This document shows positions 9,391 to 18,450 of a DNA stretch of 58,934 bases, one piece after another; the first letter of the stretch is position 1, and every line of letters begins with the position of its first letter. Source of the stretch: a virus (Duplodnaviria; Caudoviricetes); the IMG/VR virus record IMGVR_UViG_3300037852_000224, positions 1-58,934 of that record. One strand, 5' to 3'. The notes beneath the pieces were generated by a model. That model saw only the letters and a program-made list of their open reading frames with translations, was not told where the DNA came from and ran no database searches. The position numbers and the translations under genes were made by a program.

Positions 9391-9923
9391 TAACTTACCG
9401 CCACCATCCACCCGGCGATTCCCATCGCCCACCCCACAATCACGTCCCCCAAGTAGTGTGCTCCCACCAGGACCCGGCTAAACCCTATCGCAATGGCGAT
9501 TAGAAGCGCTAGGACGAGCCAGGGCGTTCCTCGTCCTGTACCTACGGCAAGGGCGGCGGCAAGAGCACAGGCGGCATGCTGGGAGGGAAAGGAACGGGCG
9601 TACAGTCTACGGGCACGGGAGCCGACGATACGGATGGTGGAGCGGGAATAGGCTAGGTCCACCGCTGTGGTAGGCCGGGGACGGCGAATGAGGGATTTGA
9701 GAATGGCGGTAGCGGTCCAGGTTACAGCGATGGATTCGGCTAGGCGATGGGCAAGGATGGAGTGGCCGCCGAATCGCAGGGAGAGGTAGATGGCGGCGTA
9801 CAGTAAACCGTCTCCAAGATGGGAGAGGAAACGGTAGAAATGGCGAAGGGGATTGGATGGTGGTGCGATGGCGTAATGGTGGATTGCAGCGGTGGCGCGG
9901 CGGTCAAGGTCGATGAGGAGCAT
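9387..9923 (-). CDS. PAP2-family membrane lipid phosphatase
   Basis: KSLIRRPRP, SFPSQH, SRVLVGAHY motifs plus TM helices. Confidence 0.9.
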   Translation of the reverse strand: MLLIDLDRRATAAIHHYAIAPPSNPLRHFYRFLSHLGDGLLYAAIYLSLRFGGHSILAHRLAESIAVTWTATAILKSLIRRPRPTTAVDLAYSRSTIRIVGSRARRLYARSFPSQHAACALAAALAVGTGRGTPWLVLALLIAIAIGFSRVLVGAHYLGDVIVGWAMGIAGWMVAVSY

Positions 9924-10185
9924 GGAGCGATCTATCAGTGGGATGGATCTTAGTCATCACGAAATAGTTGAGTAGGTTTGCCAAAGTGGCTCGAAATTTA
10001 TACATCCGGGACAGCGTAATCCAATGATCTCGCGGCACGGCGTCGAAACAACGCGTGCGGCAGAAATTGCACGATTGCATGTAATCTGGGTCGGGTGCTC
10101 GGAAGTCAGCTTTACGTCGGCATCCACTACAGTCTTGGCAGTAGCAGTTAGGCCGATGAGATCGAATATGAGCCAGAATCGTCAT
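9904..10185 (-). CDS. Cys-rich hypothetical protein
   Basis: CYCQDCSGC, CNFC. Confidence 0.45.
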   Translation of the reverse strand: MTILAHIRSHRPNCYCQDCSGCRRKADFRAPDPDYMQSCNFCRTRCFDAVPRDHWITLSRMYKFRATLANLLNYFVMTKIHPTDRSLHAPHRP

Positions 10186-10348
10186 TTACTCACCGCATAC
10201 TTCTCATCTCCAGCCCCGCCGCCAGTTGGATCTTTTGCGAGCAGTTCCTGAAACACTCGTATCTTTCTGCGCTCCCGCCGGTACTTTAGGTAGGCGTCCA
10301 GTTTTTCCCGCTCTGCACGGCATAACATTTGTTCGACTTGGTCGCGGG

Positions 10349-10696
10349 TTAACATGCCACCGCGTACACCCGTGTGTTCTCTGTCAACACCACCGGCTTA
10401 TCCAAATCCTCCGCCAGCAGCATCGCCCACACGCGATCACCGACTTTAAACCCCTCCTCGAATCCCCGTGGCGTGCCCTTCACCCCTGCCTTCCGTGGCG
10501 TCATCGCCAGCACCGTCCCCCAGTATGCCACATCCCGGTACACGGAATTAAACTGTAGGTCCCTGGACCGGTCGCACAGGACAATGGATGGGTGAGATGG
10601 ATCGCACTCCGGTTTCCGTTCCAATTCCACGATGCATTTCCCCGGCATACACTTGAACGCCGGGTAGACGGTGAGGATGTGTTTTAGGTCAAGCAT
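10349..10696 (-). CDS. GroES/Cpn10-like co-chaperonin
   Basis: PGKCIVE, SIVL loop, GTVLAM, FKVGDRV, VYAV. Confidence 0.6.
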   Translation of the reverse strand: MLDLKHILTVYPAFKCMPGKCIVELERKPECDPSHPSIVLCDRSRDLQFNSVYRDVAYWGTVLAMTPRKAGVKGTPRGFEEGFKVGDRVWAMLLAEDLDKPVVLTENTRVYAVAC

Positions 10697-11015
10697 CGTA
10701 TTTATGCTCTCGGTTCATTCGTTCCAGTGTCTCCCTTTTCAGCTCCTCCAACTCCTGTTTTTCCTGTTTACGCCGTAAATCGCTGTAGTGATGCCAACCG
10801 CAATGGCAAGTAGCGCCATCGTACGCTACTTTTTCAGTCTGGTCGGTGTGGTTGATGAAGTGGACGGAGTCGGCCCATACGCTGACCCGCCAGAGCCAAC
10901 AAGATAACCATCCGGCGGAGTAGGCGAGAAAATACCGCCAGCCGAAGACACTGAAGATGCATGCGCTGGTGAGAGAGCAGAGGAAGATGACGAGAGTGCG
11001 GTAGGAGATTTTCAT
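10689..11015 (-). CDS. Membrane protein
   Basis: N-terminal hydrophobic helices, charged C-terminus. Confidence 0.5.
   Translation of the reverse strand: MKISYRTLVIFLCSLTSACIFSVFGWRYFLAYSAGWLSCWLWRVSVWADSVHFINHTDQTEKVAYDGATCHCGWHHYSDLRRKQEKQELEELKRETLERMNREHKYDA
10767..10779. promoter_or_regulatory. Palindrome TTTACGCCGTAAA (copy 2)
   Basis: Exact motif. Confidence 0.75.
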
Positions 11016-11329
11016 ACGATGATTCCCTCCGGCGATTGTGGAATTAGACTGCCGCCTACACGATCAATCCGGTGGGCTTCCTCGACGCATAGGTCGCACA
11101 TTACCACCCATTCGAACGCTCCGGCCTTATCCTTGCGGTGGTTGGTCCGTTTGCAATGCACAATGCCCATTCGAGTATTGGATGCGCGGTCCACAAACGC
11201 GACAGGCTCAAAGGATTTGGCTACACAGATGCAGACTGTGTAGCACCGGGGGCGGGGACCATGTTTGTCGCAGGTGACCGGGTATTTAGGTTTGGAGAAA
11301 GTAAGTAGATCGGCGAGTGTACGTGGCAT
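11012..11329 (-). CDS. Cys-rich hypothetical protein
   Basis: CDKHG, CICV, CDLC. Confidence 0.55.
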   Translation of the reverse strand: MPRTLADLLTFSKPKYPVTCDKHGPRPRCYTVCICVAKSFEPVAFVDRASNTRMGIVHCKRTNHRKDKAGAFEWVVMCDLCVEEAHRIDRVGGSLIPQSPEGIIV

Positions 11330-11364
11330 TGGATGGATGGTTCCTTTGATGATTGGACGTTACG

Positions 11365-11607
11365 TTAGATTGGGAATGACTGTCCGTCCGGCGTGACGAC
11401 GGAGAATTCCACCATGCTGCGTTGGTAGGCGGAAAATGTAAGGTCGAACTTCTTGCGCTCACGGCCAGTTTCGTCGGCCAGGGCGTAATTTGAAAAATGC
11501 GCTACGGCGCCGGAATGGCGGGCGACGACACGGTAAGGGTGGAGGGCCAGAGGGAGGCATTGGTCGGAGTGGAAGGATGGGAGGAGTTTGACGGCGGCGG
11601 ATGACAT
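11365..11607 (-). CDS. Hypothetical protein
   Basis: Operonic ORF. Confidence 0.5.
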   Translation of the reverse strand: MSSAAVKLLPSFHSDQCLPLALHPYRVVARHSGAVAHFSNYALADETGRERKKFDLTFSAYQRSMVEFSVVTPDGQSFPI

Positions 11608-11619
11608 GGGGATAGTATA

Positions 11620-12309
11620 TTACACCGGGAGTTTGCGCATGGCGTCCTGGTAGTCGCCACTCACATCACTCAACGCTAAGTGCGTGTAGACTTCCAGGGA
11701 ATCCCTGGTGGCATGGCCGCTGACCAGTTGGATTTGGGCGTCTTCGAGTTTGTTGCGCTTGAGCCACGTAAGGAGCTGGTGGCGGAACATGTGAGGATGG
11801 ACACGTTGGGTCAACTGCGCCATTGCGCCATACTCCGCTACGATCTGTTCAATCCGCCGGGTGGAGTAGGGGCGGCGCTGGGCGGATTCGAATAGATATA
11901 CATTGTCCGGGTGGGCGCGGATGTAGGATTCCAGGGCCAATCGGAATTCATCCTTGAACAATACCTTGCGATCCTTATCCCCCTTGCCTTTTTCGATAAA
12001 GATGGTTTTAGCGCGGAGGTCCACGTCGGACATGCGGATGGAACAGAGTTCGCTAACCCGCCCACCGGTGTAGAGCAATAGTTTGAGCATCAATTCGTGC
12101 TGGAGGTTGCCACCGGAGGCCACGGCGTCGAAGTAGGCTTTAAGGGCGTCGTCGGTGAGGATTTTAGGGAGGCGGCGACCGGTGGAGGGTGGAGTGAGGC
12201 CGGATGCGATGCGAGCGGCACGGACGGCTTTGTGGAAGGAGGGGTAGGTGAGACGGTGGCGACGGATTACCGTGGCGATTTCGCGGGCGGCGGTGGAGAG
12301 ACGGGGCAT
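11620..12309 (-). CDS. Tyrosine recombinase (XerC/D-like, short N-terminus)
   Basis: YTGGRVSEL, KGKGDK, HPHMFRH, SGH, VYTH catalytic set; start taken at MPRLST. Confidence 0.92.
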   Translation of the reverse strand: MPRLSTAAREIATVIRRHRLTYPSFHKAVRAARIASGLTPPSTGRRLPKILTDDALKAYFDAVASGGNLQHELMLKLLLYTGGRVSELCSIRMSDVDLRAKTIFIEKGKGDKDRKVLFKDEFRLALESYIRAHPDNVYLFESAQRRPYSTRRIEQIVAEYGAMAQLTQRVHPHMFRHQLLTWLKRNKLEDAQIQLVSGHATRDSLEVYTHLALSDVSGDYQDAMRKLPV

Positions 12310-12311
12310 GG

Positions 12312-12629
12312 TTAATTGTCCCCCAGTGCATCTGCCACCCAGTTTATGTACGCCCCGTGCTGCTCGGTCATCCCAGCGGTGGACATGGGGCCGCATTCTG
12401 GGCAGCGGTGGTTCCCATCCTCCACTGTCCACCCATAAGATTGAGCGATGGCATCCGCCTCCTGTTTGCTGTCGAAGGATGCGATTTTGCCCCTGGTATC
12501 ATTATGCTTCCACTTTTCGATCAAATCGAGAAGGTTTACTGCGCCGTGGAGGATGTCGCCTAGTGGGCGCCCATCCGGGTCCATGAGGCGGAAACAGCCG
12601 CAACAGAGGATCGACCAAGGTTTAAGCAT
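12312..12629 (-). CDS. Hypothetical protein (CxxC pairs)
   Basis: CCGC...CPEC; abuts the recombinase gene. Confidence 0.5.
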   Translation of the reverse strand: MLKPWSILCCGCFRLMDPDGRPLGDILHGAVNLLDLIEKWKHNDTRGKIASFDSKQEADAIAQSYGWTVEDGNHRCPECGPMSTAGMTEQHGAYINWVADALGDN

Positions 12630-12811
12630 TTCGCATTCCTATTGCTGTACCCGCAATCTATCACGTTCCCTCCCTCGTGTCCACCCCCAAACTGTACTAA
12701 TCCTGCCGGGGGATTTCGCATAAGGGGGAAAAAGCGAAATTGAAAATGCCACATTCAATGGTACCGATGGGGGATTTATCGGCGGGAGGGAGTGGGGGTA
12801 GGCTGGAAGGC

Positions 12812-13090
12812 ATGCACACACCGAGACCTTGGCATTGGGATGAGTATAGAAACCTGTGTGGCCCAGAGCCCAAGAACCGGGTGATTGCTCAACTGATTTT
12901 TAGCGAGTCCGACAATGTAGAGGATGGCAGTGACGATGCAAACGCTAGTTTGATCGAGTCGGCACCAGACCTACTGCAAGCGCTGAAGCGTCTTGGCGAT
13001 TCAACCGGCTGGGAGTGTTATTGCACCAGTGGCGACCTACCTTGTGCCATATGCAACGCAGTGACCATCATCAAAAAGGTGGAACCGTAA
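12812..13090 (+). CDS. Conserved phage hypothetical protein (HTPxPW...ANAxLIxxAPDLL family)
   Basis: MHTPRPW...DANASLIESAPDLLQAL. Confidence 0.7.
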   Translation: MHTPRPWHWDEYRNLCGPEPKNRVIAQLIFSESDNVEDGSDDANASLIESAPDLLQALKRLGDSTGWECYCTSGDLPCAICNAVTIIKKVEP

Positions 13091-13093
13091 ACC

Positions 13094-13328
13094 ATGCGAA
13101 AACTGTCTAGAGTCGTGTTGTCGGTCATCCGAGAGTTTAGAGATGAGGTGGCACCGTTAACACTCTCGGAGCATTCCGAGCTGTGGGGTGTCAGCCTTGG
13201 GGGCCTTGTATCTCGCGTTGGATGAGTTGGAAGCGGAAGGCTACATCGTTAGCCGGATTGTGCCAAGTGGGCCAGAGAGAGGAAACCGGGCAAGGCGGAT
13301 GGTGACGGCTACGGGGAAGGTGGAGTAG
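13094..13328 (+). pseudogene. PadR-like winged-helix regulator with a +1 frameshift in a G5 run (13199-13203)
   Basis: Removing one G gives ...SLGALYLALDELEAEGYIVSR...PERGNRARRMVTATGKVE*. Confidence 0.65.
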
Positions 13329-13755
13329 GCCCGATGATATTCCATTACAAAATTTCTCTGCCCCACGGCATCTACACTTTCGCCAATTCGGTGTGGGACC
13401 TAGACGGGTACGTCCGGGAAGCATTATATTCTGGAGTCGCTGCCACCGACATCCGAATCGAAGTCATCGCTGGTGAGCGGAAGACTTAAACCGGATTCCA
13501 CCCGACAGGTACAACACGGCATCGTGTAGGATTGCGGCGGCCTGCATCCGGGATTCGCAATTCACATCCCAATTACACGTGGCCTCCACGGCGGCACGAT
13601 GGAGAATCTGGACGGCGTCTACAGTAGTTTGGTTCATGGTTAGATTGTGCCGCCGGTACCCGTACCCGCCAATAGACCAAAAGTCCCAATCTCACCTTAG
13701 TGCCAGACCCTACCACCAACCCCATTCACCCTACGCCTATGGTATGCTCCCAGTC

Positions 13756-14241
13756 ATGGCTAACAACCCAACACCAACTCCTCCCAACACCCCGCCGTTT
13801 ACGTATCCCGACGGGGCGAAATTGATGAACAACCCTCTACCCCCAGCAGACACCGATCTACTGTGTGAGCAGTCCGACGCCCAAACTCTCATCCCGGCGT
13901 ATCAAGCTGCAATGGCACGACAGGGCCTGTCCATTGCCGCGGTGGCCAACGCCGCGTTGAACGTCGTGGATGGCAGCGCCGAGAATTTCATTACCGGCCC
14001 GCCGAACGATCCGAATTGCAAAGTGTGGTTGATTCAAGGCGTACTGACCGACGGCAAGGCGAATTACGCGTTGAACGATTACGCCGGGCAGATTTTCTAC
14101 CGGCTGTTCCGTCCGAACCTCGCGGCGGGCGACAGGGTAAGCAATCCCCCTGGGACGCTGGCGATTGGCCTGCTGGCCCTGCCACCGATGCCGGATGGAA
14201 GTCAAGGGAATTGGTTGGCCCAGGGCGTGTACACTCAATAA
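13756..14241 (+). CDS. Hypothetical Pro/Asn-rich protein
   Basis: ATG 7 nt after TGgTATGCT -10 box; followed by a terminator. Confidence 0.65.
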   Translation: MANNPTPTPPNTPPFTYPDGAKLMNNPLPPADTDLLCEQSDAQTLIPAYQAAMARQGLSIAAVANAALNVVDGSAENFITGPPNDPNCKVWLIQGVLTDGKANYALNDYAGQIFYRLFRPNLAAGDRVSNPPGTLAIGLLALPPMPDGSQGNWLAQGVYTQ

Positions 14242-14280
14242 CCGCAAACACCCACACCTTTTCAGGGAGCAACCACAACA

Positions 14281-14315
14281 ACCCTCAGGCCCAGCAATGG
14301 TCCTGGGGGTTTTTT
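14281..14315 (+). terminator. Intrinsic terminator
   Basis: Stem with GCAA loop followed by a T run. Confidence 0.6.
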
Positions 14316-14373
14316 CACTTTTGAATCTCCAGTACTATTCTCAGTTCAGCTTCCTGTGTGATACCCTCTCCTC

Positions 14374-14664
14374 ATGCCAAAATCTACATCCAAACCATCT
14401 ACATCAGTTCGACCGTTCGAAGTTGGACAGTCCTACTTCATCCGCACAGTCACCTACCACTTAACCGGCCGCGTCACGGTCATTGTTGACGGATTCCTCA
14501 TGCTAGAGGACGCCGCATGGATAGCCGACAGTGGCAGATTCATGCAAGCCATTGTCAATGGGACGCTGAACGAGGTGGAGCCGGTCGGGAAGGCCATCGT
14601 AAACATCGCTTCAATCACCGACGCGTTCCCATGGAAGCACGAACTACCAAAAACACAGAAGTAA
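14374..14664 (+). CDS. Small beta-barrel (Sm-like) phage protein
   Basis: GQSYFIRTVTYHLTGRV...LEDAAWIADSGRF pattern. Confidence 0.6.
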   Translation: MPKSTSKPSTSVRPFEVGQSYFIRTVTYHLTGRVTVIVDGFLMLEDAAWIADSGRFMQAIVNGTLNEVEPVGKAIVNIASITDAFPWKHELPKTQK

Positions 14665-14675
14665 AGGGGGTCAAT

Positions 14676-14942
14676 ATGAAACTCCCAGGTTGGCTCACGT
14701 CGAGGTCGAGGTCGGGGTCGAGGTCGTGGTCGTGGTCGAGGTCGTGGTCGTGGTCGAGGTCGAGGTCGAGGTCGAGGTCGAGGTCGTGGTCGTGGTCGAG
14801 GTCGTGGTCGTGGTCGAGGTCGAGGTCGAGGTCGAGGTCGGGGTCGGAGTCGGAGTCGGAGTCGGAGTCGGAGTCGAGGTCGAGGTCGAGGTCGGGGTCG
14901 AGGTCGAGGTCGGGGTCGAGGTCGAGGTCGGGGTCGTGGTGA
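14676..14942 (+). CDS. Ser/Arg (RS-domain-like) low-complexity protein, 88 aa
   Basis: MKLPGWLT followed by (SR/SW/SG/SE)n; SD-like AAGGGGG upstream. Confidence 0.6.
   Translation: MKLPGWLTSRSRSGSRSWSWSRSWSWSRSRSRSRSRSWSWSRSWSWSRSRSRSRSGSESESESESESRSRSRSGSRSRSGSRSRSGSW
14700..14939 (+). repeat. Hexamer tandem repeat (TCGAGG/TCGTGG/TCGGGG/TCGGAG), about 40 units
   Basis: Directly visible. Confidence 0.95.
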
Positions 14943-14945
14943 TTT

Positions 14946-15407
14946 TTATTGATCTGGAGTGGACGACGTAGCCTGTGCCGCCTGTGCCAGCGACGTTAAC
15001 ACCGCTTGCATCATCACCGGCAAGTGGGATTCGAACGCCGCTTGATACACGGGTTTATTCACGTACCAGCACACGTTAATGTTCTCATCGTTACCTCCCC
15101 ACAGGTGCCACATGGCTTCAGCGTTCGTGTCGGGGTCTAGTAGCAACTCCGGGTGACCGTCGAGCTGTGGCATGTGAGGCAACAGAGTCGTGCGCACCGC
15201 CGCCACGGCCCAATTTATCTGACCTATGCCGTAGCTGTCGTCGCCGGTGTCCGGGTCCACATTGTGCGCTGTAGGATCTGCCGTCGTCGCCCCTGGACCA
15301 CCAGACTCCCGCAATGCAATCGCCCCCATCGCTACGGCCTGCCACAGCGGGAATCGCTTACGGAACAACGCCAGTAGATCCGCTGGTGTGAGTTTGCCGG
15401 TCGTCAT
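14946..15407 (-). CDS. Lysozyme-like/SLT muralytic enzyme (probable endolysin)
   Basis: AIALRESGG, DDSYGIGQIN, LLDPDTNA. Confidence 0.75.
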   Translation of the reverse strand: MTTGKLTPADLLALFRKRFPLWQAVAMGAIALRESGGPGATTADPTAHNVDPDTGDDSYGIGQINWAVAAVRTTLLPHMPQLDGHPELLLDPDTNAEAMWHLWGGNDENINVCWYVNKPVYQAAFESHLPVMMQAVLTSLAQAAQATSSTPDQ

Positions 15408-15805
15408 CGCGCCGTAGTCGCGGTCACACTTTCAGTGGCGGTCTCGTTCACCGTAGTGGTCCCTGGTGGAACCGGCGTCGATGGTGCCGTGGGATTCGGC
15501 GCCGGTACTGGTATCGCCCCTCCCAACGCCGCCGCCAGTGTCGCGGCGGATATCACCCCACTGTTCTTAATCGCCGTCACCGCTGTAACCGCCGTTACAA
15601 TGTCCTGCAAATGCTGTGCGCTCAACGCTCCCGTCGTCGGCTGTGGGAGCAGTCCCAACACATCCTCCAGCGCTTGAATCAACGGGACTAAGGATGGATC
15701 GATAGCGCCGATGATCGGCTCGGCAATCTTCAACCCATCCTCGATCCACGATCCCAAGTGGGAGAGGTCCTTACCCACGGTTTTCAGTATGCCGATGAGT
15801 GACAT
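15404..15805 (-). CDS. Amphipathic helical protein (lysis or membrane)
   Basis: Amphipathic N-terminus, Pro/Thr tail. Confidence 0.55.
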   Translation of the reverse strand: MSLIGILKTVGKDLSHLGSWIEDGLKIAEPIIGAIDPSLVPLIQALEDVLGLLPQPTTGALSAQHLQDIVTAVTAVTAIKNSGVISAATLAAALGGAIPVPAPNPTAPSTPVPPGTTTVNETATESVTATTAR

Positions 15806-15851
15806 GGGACGATTGAATCCTCTCCTGGAATGAGTTTACGCCGTATTCCCT

Positions 15852-16118
15852 TTACGCCGCCGCCGGTGCCGCCGCTTTCTTGAAGTATGCCTGCAATGCG
15901 TCCGCCACGGCGTTACTCAAGTCTGTCACCAATGCCGGTGGGATGTTAATTTTCCCCGGAAACGCCGAAGTCAACGCCGATACCGCAGGACTAGCCAATG
16001 CACTAATCTGCGCTCCCGTCCACTGCGATGCCGGTTCGGTTTTGGCCAAAGTGACAAACCCTTCCACGACCGACCCAATTTCAAGCGCGAGTCCCAGGTA
16101 AACAAAAATCGATCCCAT
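15852..16118 (-). CDS. Small hydrophobic helical protein
   Basis: SD GGAGG; hydrophobic N-terminus. Confidence 0.6.
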   Translation of the reverse strand: MGSIFVYLGLALEIGSVVEGFVTLAKTEPASQWTGAQISALASPAVSALTSAFPGKINIPPALVTDLSNAVADALQAYFKKAAAPAAA

Positions 16119-16204
16119 GGTGTATTCCCTCCCTAAAATGTTGAATCTGACTGCGAACGGTCAAAGCATACCACAATTACCCTAGGCGATATCAGCGCCC
16201 ACAG

Positions 16205-16537
16205 TCAGCGCCCACGGTAAGGTTCTCCATCAGTTGTTTTTGCGCCGACTCCACCGATGTTCATGTGGTTGGTTCGCTGGAAGTAGCTCCCTACCACCAT
16301 CCCACATAGAGTCGCGAGCACTGTTGGAACCTCTTGTCCGGCGTGCTCCACGAAAACGATTCGAACTTCAATCGAGATGAACGCCCCCACCAGCATGATC
16401 GCGATGAAGGCTTGAGTGTATTCCCAGATGACACTGATGTGCCGTTGCGCGGCTACTACAAGATCCTGTTGAACCGTAGTGGTAGGCGGTAAGCTCGTGG
16501 GCGGTAAGCTCGTGGGCGGTAAGCTCTTCTCTTCCAT
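16205..16537 (-). CDS. Holin-like two-TM protein
   Basis: Two TM segments near muralytic genes; SLPPT x3 repeat. Confidence 0.5.
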   Translation of the reverse strand: MEEKSLPPTSLPPTSLPPTTTVQQDLVVAAQRHISVIWEYTQAFIAIMLVGAFISIEVRIVFVEHAGQEVPTVLATLCGMVVGSYFQRTNHMNIGGVGAKTTDGEPYRGR

Positions 16538-16558
16538 GTGATCCTCACAGTTCGTAGT

Positions 16559-16879
16559 TCACCGCTTAATCAGCATCCTGGTTATGTCGTCCAGCCGCTC
16601 AATCTGGTACTTTTGGTTATTTTCCATCGCGGAGATGCGTGCAATGTTCTGGTCGTGCCGATCCTCTGTGTTCTCCTCGATCTGCGCGAATCGCTTTTCA
16701 TCGGACTGCTCATGCGCTTGCATCCGTTCCTGTATCGGCTTCAACTGTTCCTGCATCGCATACACCACCGCGCCTACCACTACCTGCTTCCCCCACCGGT
16801 AGATTGCAAACACGATCCCGCCGATGGTGGCACAACTGTTGGCGATGCGTTCGGCTGTATCCCAGGTTACCTGTATCAT
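16559..16879 (-). CDS. Single-TM coiled-coil protein (holin/XhlA-like)
   Basis: TM helix followed by heptad-rich region. Confidence 0.5.
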   Translation of the reverse strand: MIQVTWDTAERIANSCATIGGIVFAIYRWGKQVVVGAVVYAMQEQLKPIQERMQAHEQSDEKRFAQIEENTEDRHDQNIARISAMENNQKYQIERLDDITRMLIKR

Positions 16880-16897
16880 TTAGTCGAGAGTTCCTTT

Positions 16898-17560
16898 TTA
16901 CGCTGCCACCGCCGCAATCCCCACGGCGCCCGCGACCAGCGCCACCACGGTCCAGTCCACTACGTCGGTTCCCGGTGGATCGCCGAGCATCCACGATAGA
17001 TCCAATCCACTCACAGTAGAAACATCGGGCGCACCTCCACTTACATCCCCATTAACATTCCCACCTGCATTTACCGTGCCATTCCCCCCGGATTGGGCGG
17101 CTGCTACGTTCACCGTCCCCGCCGCGCTGGGGTAGGAGTTCACATACCCAATCAGCCCAATGGTCTGGGCACTGGGTGCCAGCCCCGCCTGCACCGTCCC
17201 AGGGCCATCCGAGAATGCCTGTAGCGCTTGATTCCAGTTCCCATACTGCTGGTAATACTGTGCCAGCAGTCCCACTCCGGCCTGCACGTTCTGTTGGGCG
17301 TCGTAGGGGTTGGTCACCCCCATAGTTTGTTGTGTGGCGGAGATTAACTGGAACACTCCGGCGGCACTGGACCCAGGATTCTGCGCTCCCGGTTGGAATT
17401 GCGATTCATGGGAGGCCACGGCGGTTGCAACTTGCGCCAACCCAGGTATGTTGTACCCAGCGGCGGTGGATTGAATCATGGATTGGACTGCGCTTGCAGA
17501 CTGTCCCAGCCCACGGAGGTACCCGAGACTGCTGTACGATTTATTCAGTCTCAGCACCAT
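16898..17560 (-). CDS. Membrane-anchored lytic transglycosylase (SLT), probably virion-associated
   Basis: HESQF, AAGVFQL, NPYDAQQNVQAG, ALQAF; C-terminal TM; LRGLGQ motif. Confidence 0.85.
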   Translation of the reverse strand: MVLRLNKSYSSLGYLRGLGQSASAVQSMIQSTAAGYNIPGLAQVATAVASHESQFQPGAQNPGSSAAGVFQLISATQQTMGVTNPYDAQQNVQAGVGLLAQYYQQYGNWNQALQAFSDGPGTVQAGLAPSAQTIGLIGYVNSYPSAAGTVNVAAAQSGGNGTVNAGGNVNGDVSGGAPDVSTVSGLDLSWMLGDPPGTDVVDWTVVALVAGAVGIAAVAA

Positions 17561-17568
17561 AAAAAGGG

Positions 17569-18450
17569 TTAGAACAATGTGGACGCCACAGTCTCCCAGT
17601 CGAACAAGTGCATCATCGGCCCTTCGTTCGACGCCAGAGAATTCACAAAATACCCGATCTCAGTGGGCGTGATGAAATCGGTGTCGCCTATCGATTGCAC
17701 CACGGTCCAATCCTGCCGGTTGAACGAGTACGCTGTTTTCCGCGTTGTTCCATCATCCTGAATGGCGAAGCACACAGGAGTATTTAGCCCCGGGATGCTA
17801 GGAGAGATCGTGTAACTTGATCCGGCTCCGGTAACTCCAGTGCGTTTTTGAATGGCCATACCGAACGGAGAGGTGGCGGCCTGAAGGACATACTGGACTT
17901 CGATGATTCCCGACGTGGATGTATTTGTTCCATTGGTTAGAACCAGCCCTACCTCTCCAAACGCTACATGGGAATCGATAAGACCTTCAAAGCACCCGAT
18001 CTGTGTGTAGGGCGTCGAGGGCACCGCTTTGATTCGAGCTTGTGTATTCGATGCATTGTTGCCCGTTCCGGTGAGCACCACTCCCGCCGCTGCGGTGTCG
18101 GTGGTCAATGTAGCAGAAGATTGATTGAACCACGATGTATCGGCTGTTCCAAACGGCACGACTAGGAATGAGCCGTAGTGGTATTGTACATCCGACGACC
18201 CATCGCAGTACTCAACAATCGGGGAGTTGTTAGACCCATAGATAAACGGGGAACTGGAGCAGGCTGGCCGGGAAGCGAATGCACCAAAGGAAACCGTAGC
18301 TCCCCCGGCGGCGGAAACCACGGGAGGCCCAATTTGCCGCGATCCCACGCCGGAGATAATCATCGTTCCAAACACCTGGGCGAGAGCAAAGGAAGCCGTC
18401 ATCACCACCATACCAGTGATGATAATTCCAATCAGTTTTACGTGTTTCAT
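17569..18450 (-). CDS. Secreted beta-sandwich (lectin-like) spike/receptor-binding candidate
   Basis: Signal peptide ending ALA-Q; Ser/Thr/Gly beta-rich sequence. Confidence 0.55.
   Translation of the reverse strand: MKHVKLIGIIITGMVVMTASFALAQVFGTMIISGVGSRQIGPPVVSAAGGATVSFGAFASRPACSSSPFIYGSNNSPIVEYCDGSSDVQYHYGSFLVVPFGTADTSWFNQSSATLTTDTAAAGVVLTGTGNNASNTQARIKAVPSTPYTQIGCFEGLIDSHVAFGEVGLVLTNGTNTSTSGIIEVQYVLQAATSPFGMAIQKRTGVTGAGSSYTISPSIPGLNTPVCFAIQDDGTTRKTAYSFNRQDWTVVQSIGDTDFITPTEIGYFVNSLASNEGPMMHLFDWETVASTLF

Noticed and set aside
11620-12800. attP site or prophage boundary near the recombinase
   Set aside because: No host genes, tRNA fragment or identifiable core repeat is visible; cannot be supported without a host genome.
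14700-14939. CRISPR array, or the alternative (EV)n ORF 14690-14971
   Set aside because: It is a hexamer microsatellite with no spacers and no cas genes; the SR frame has the ATG and SD.
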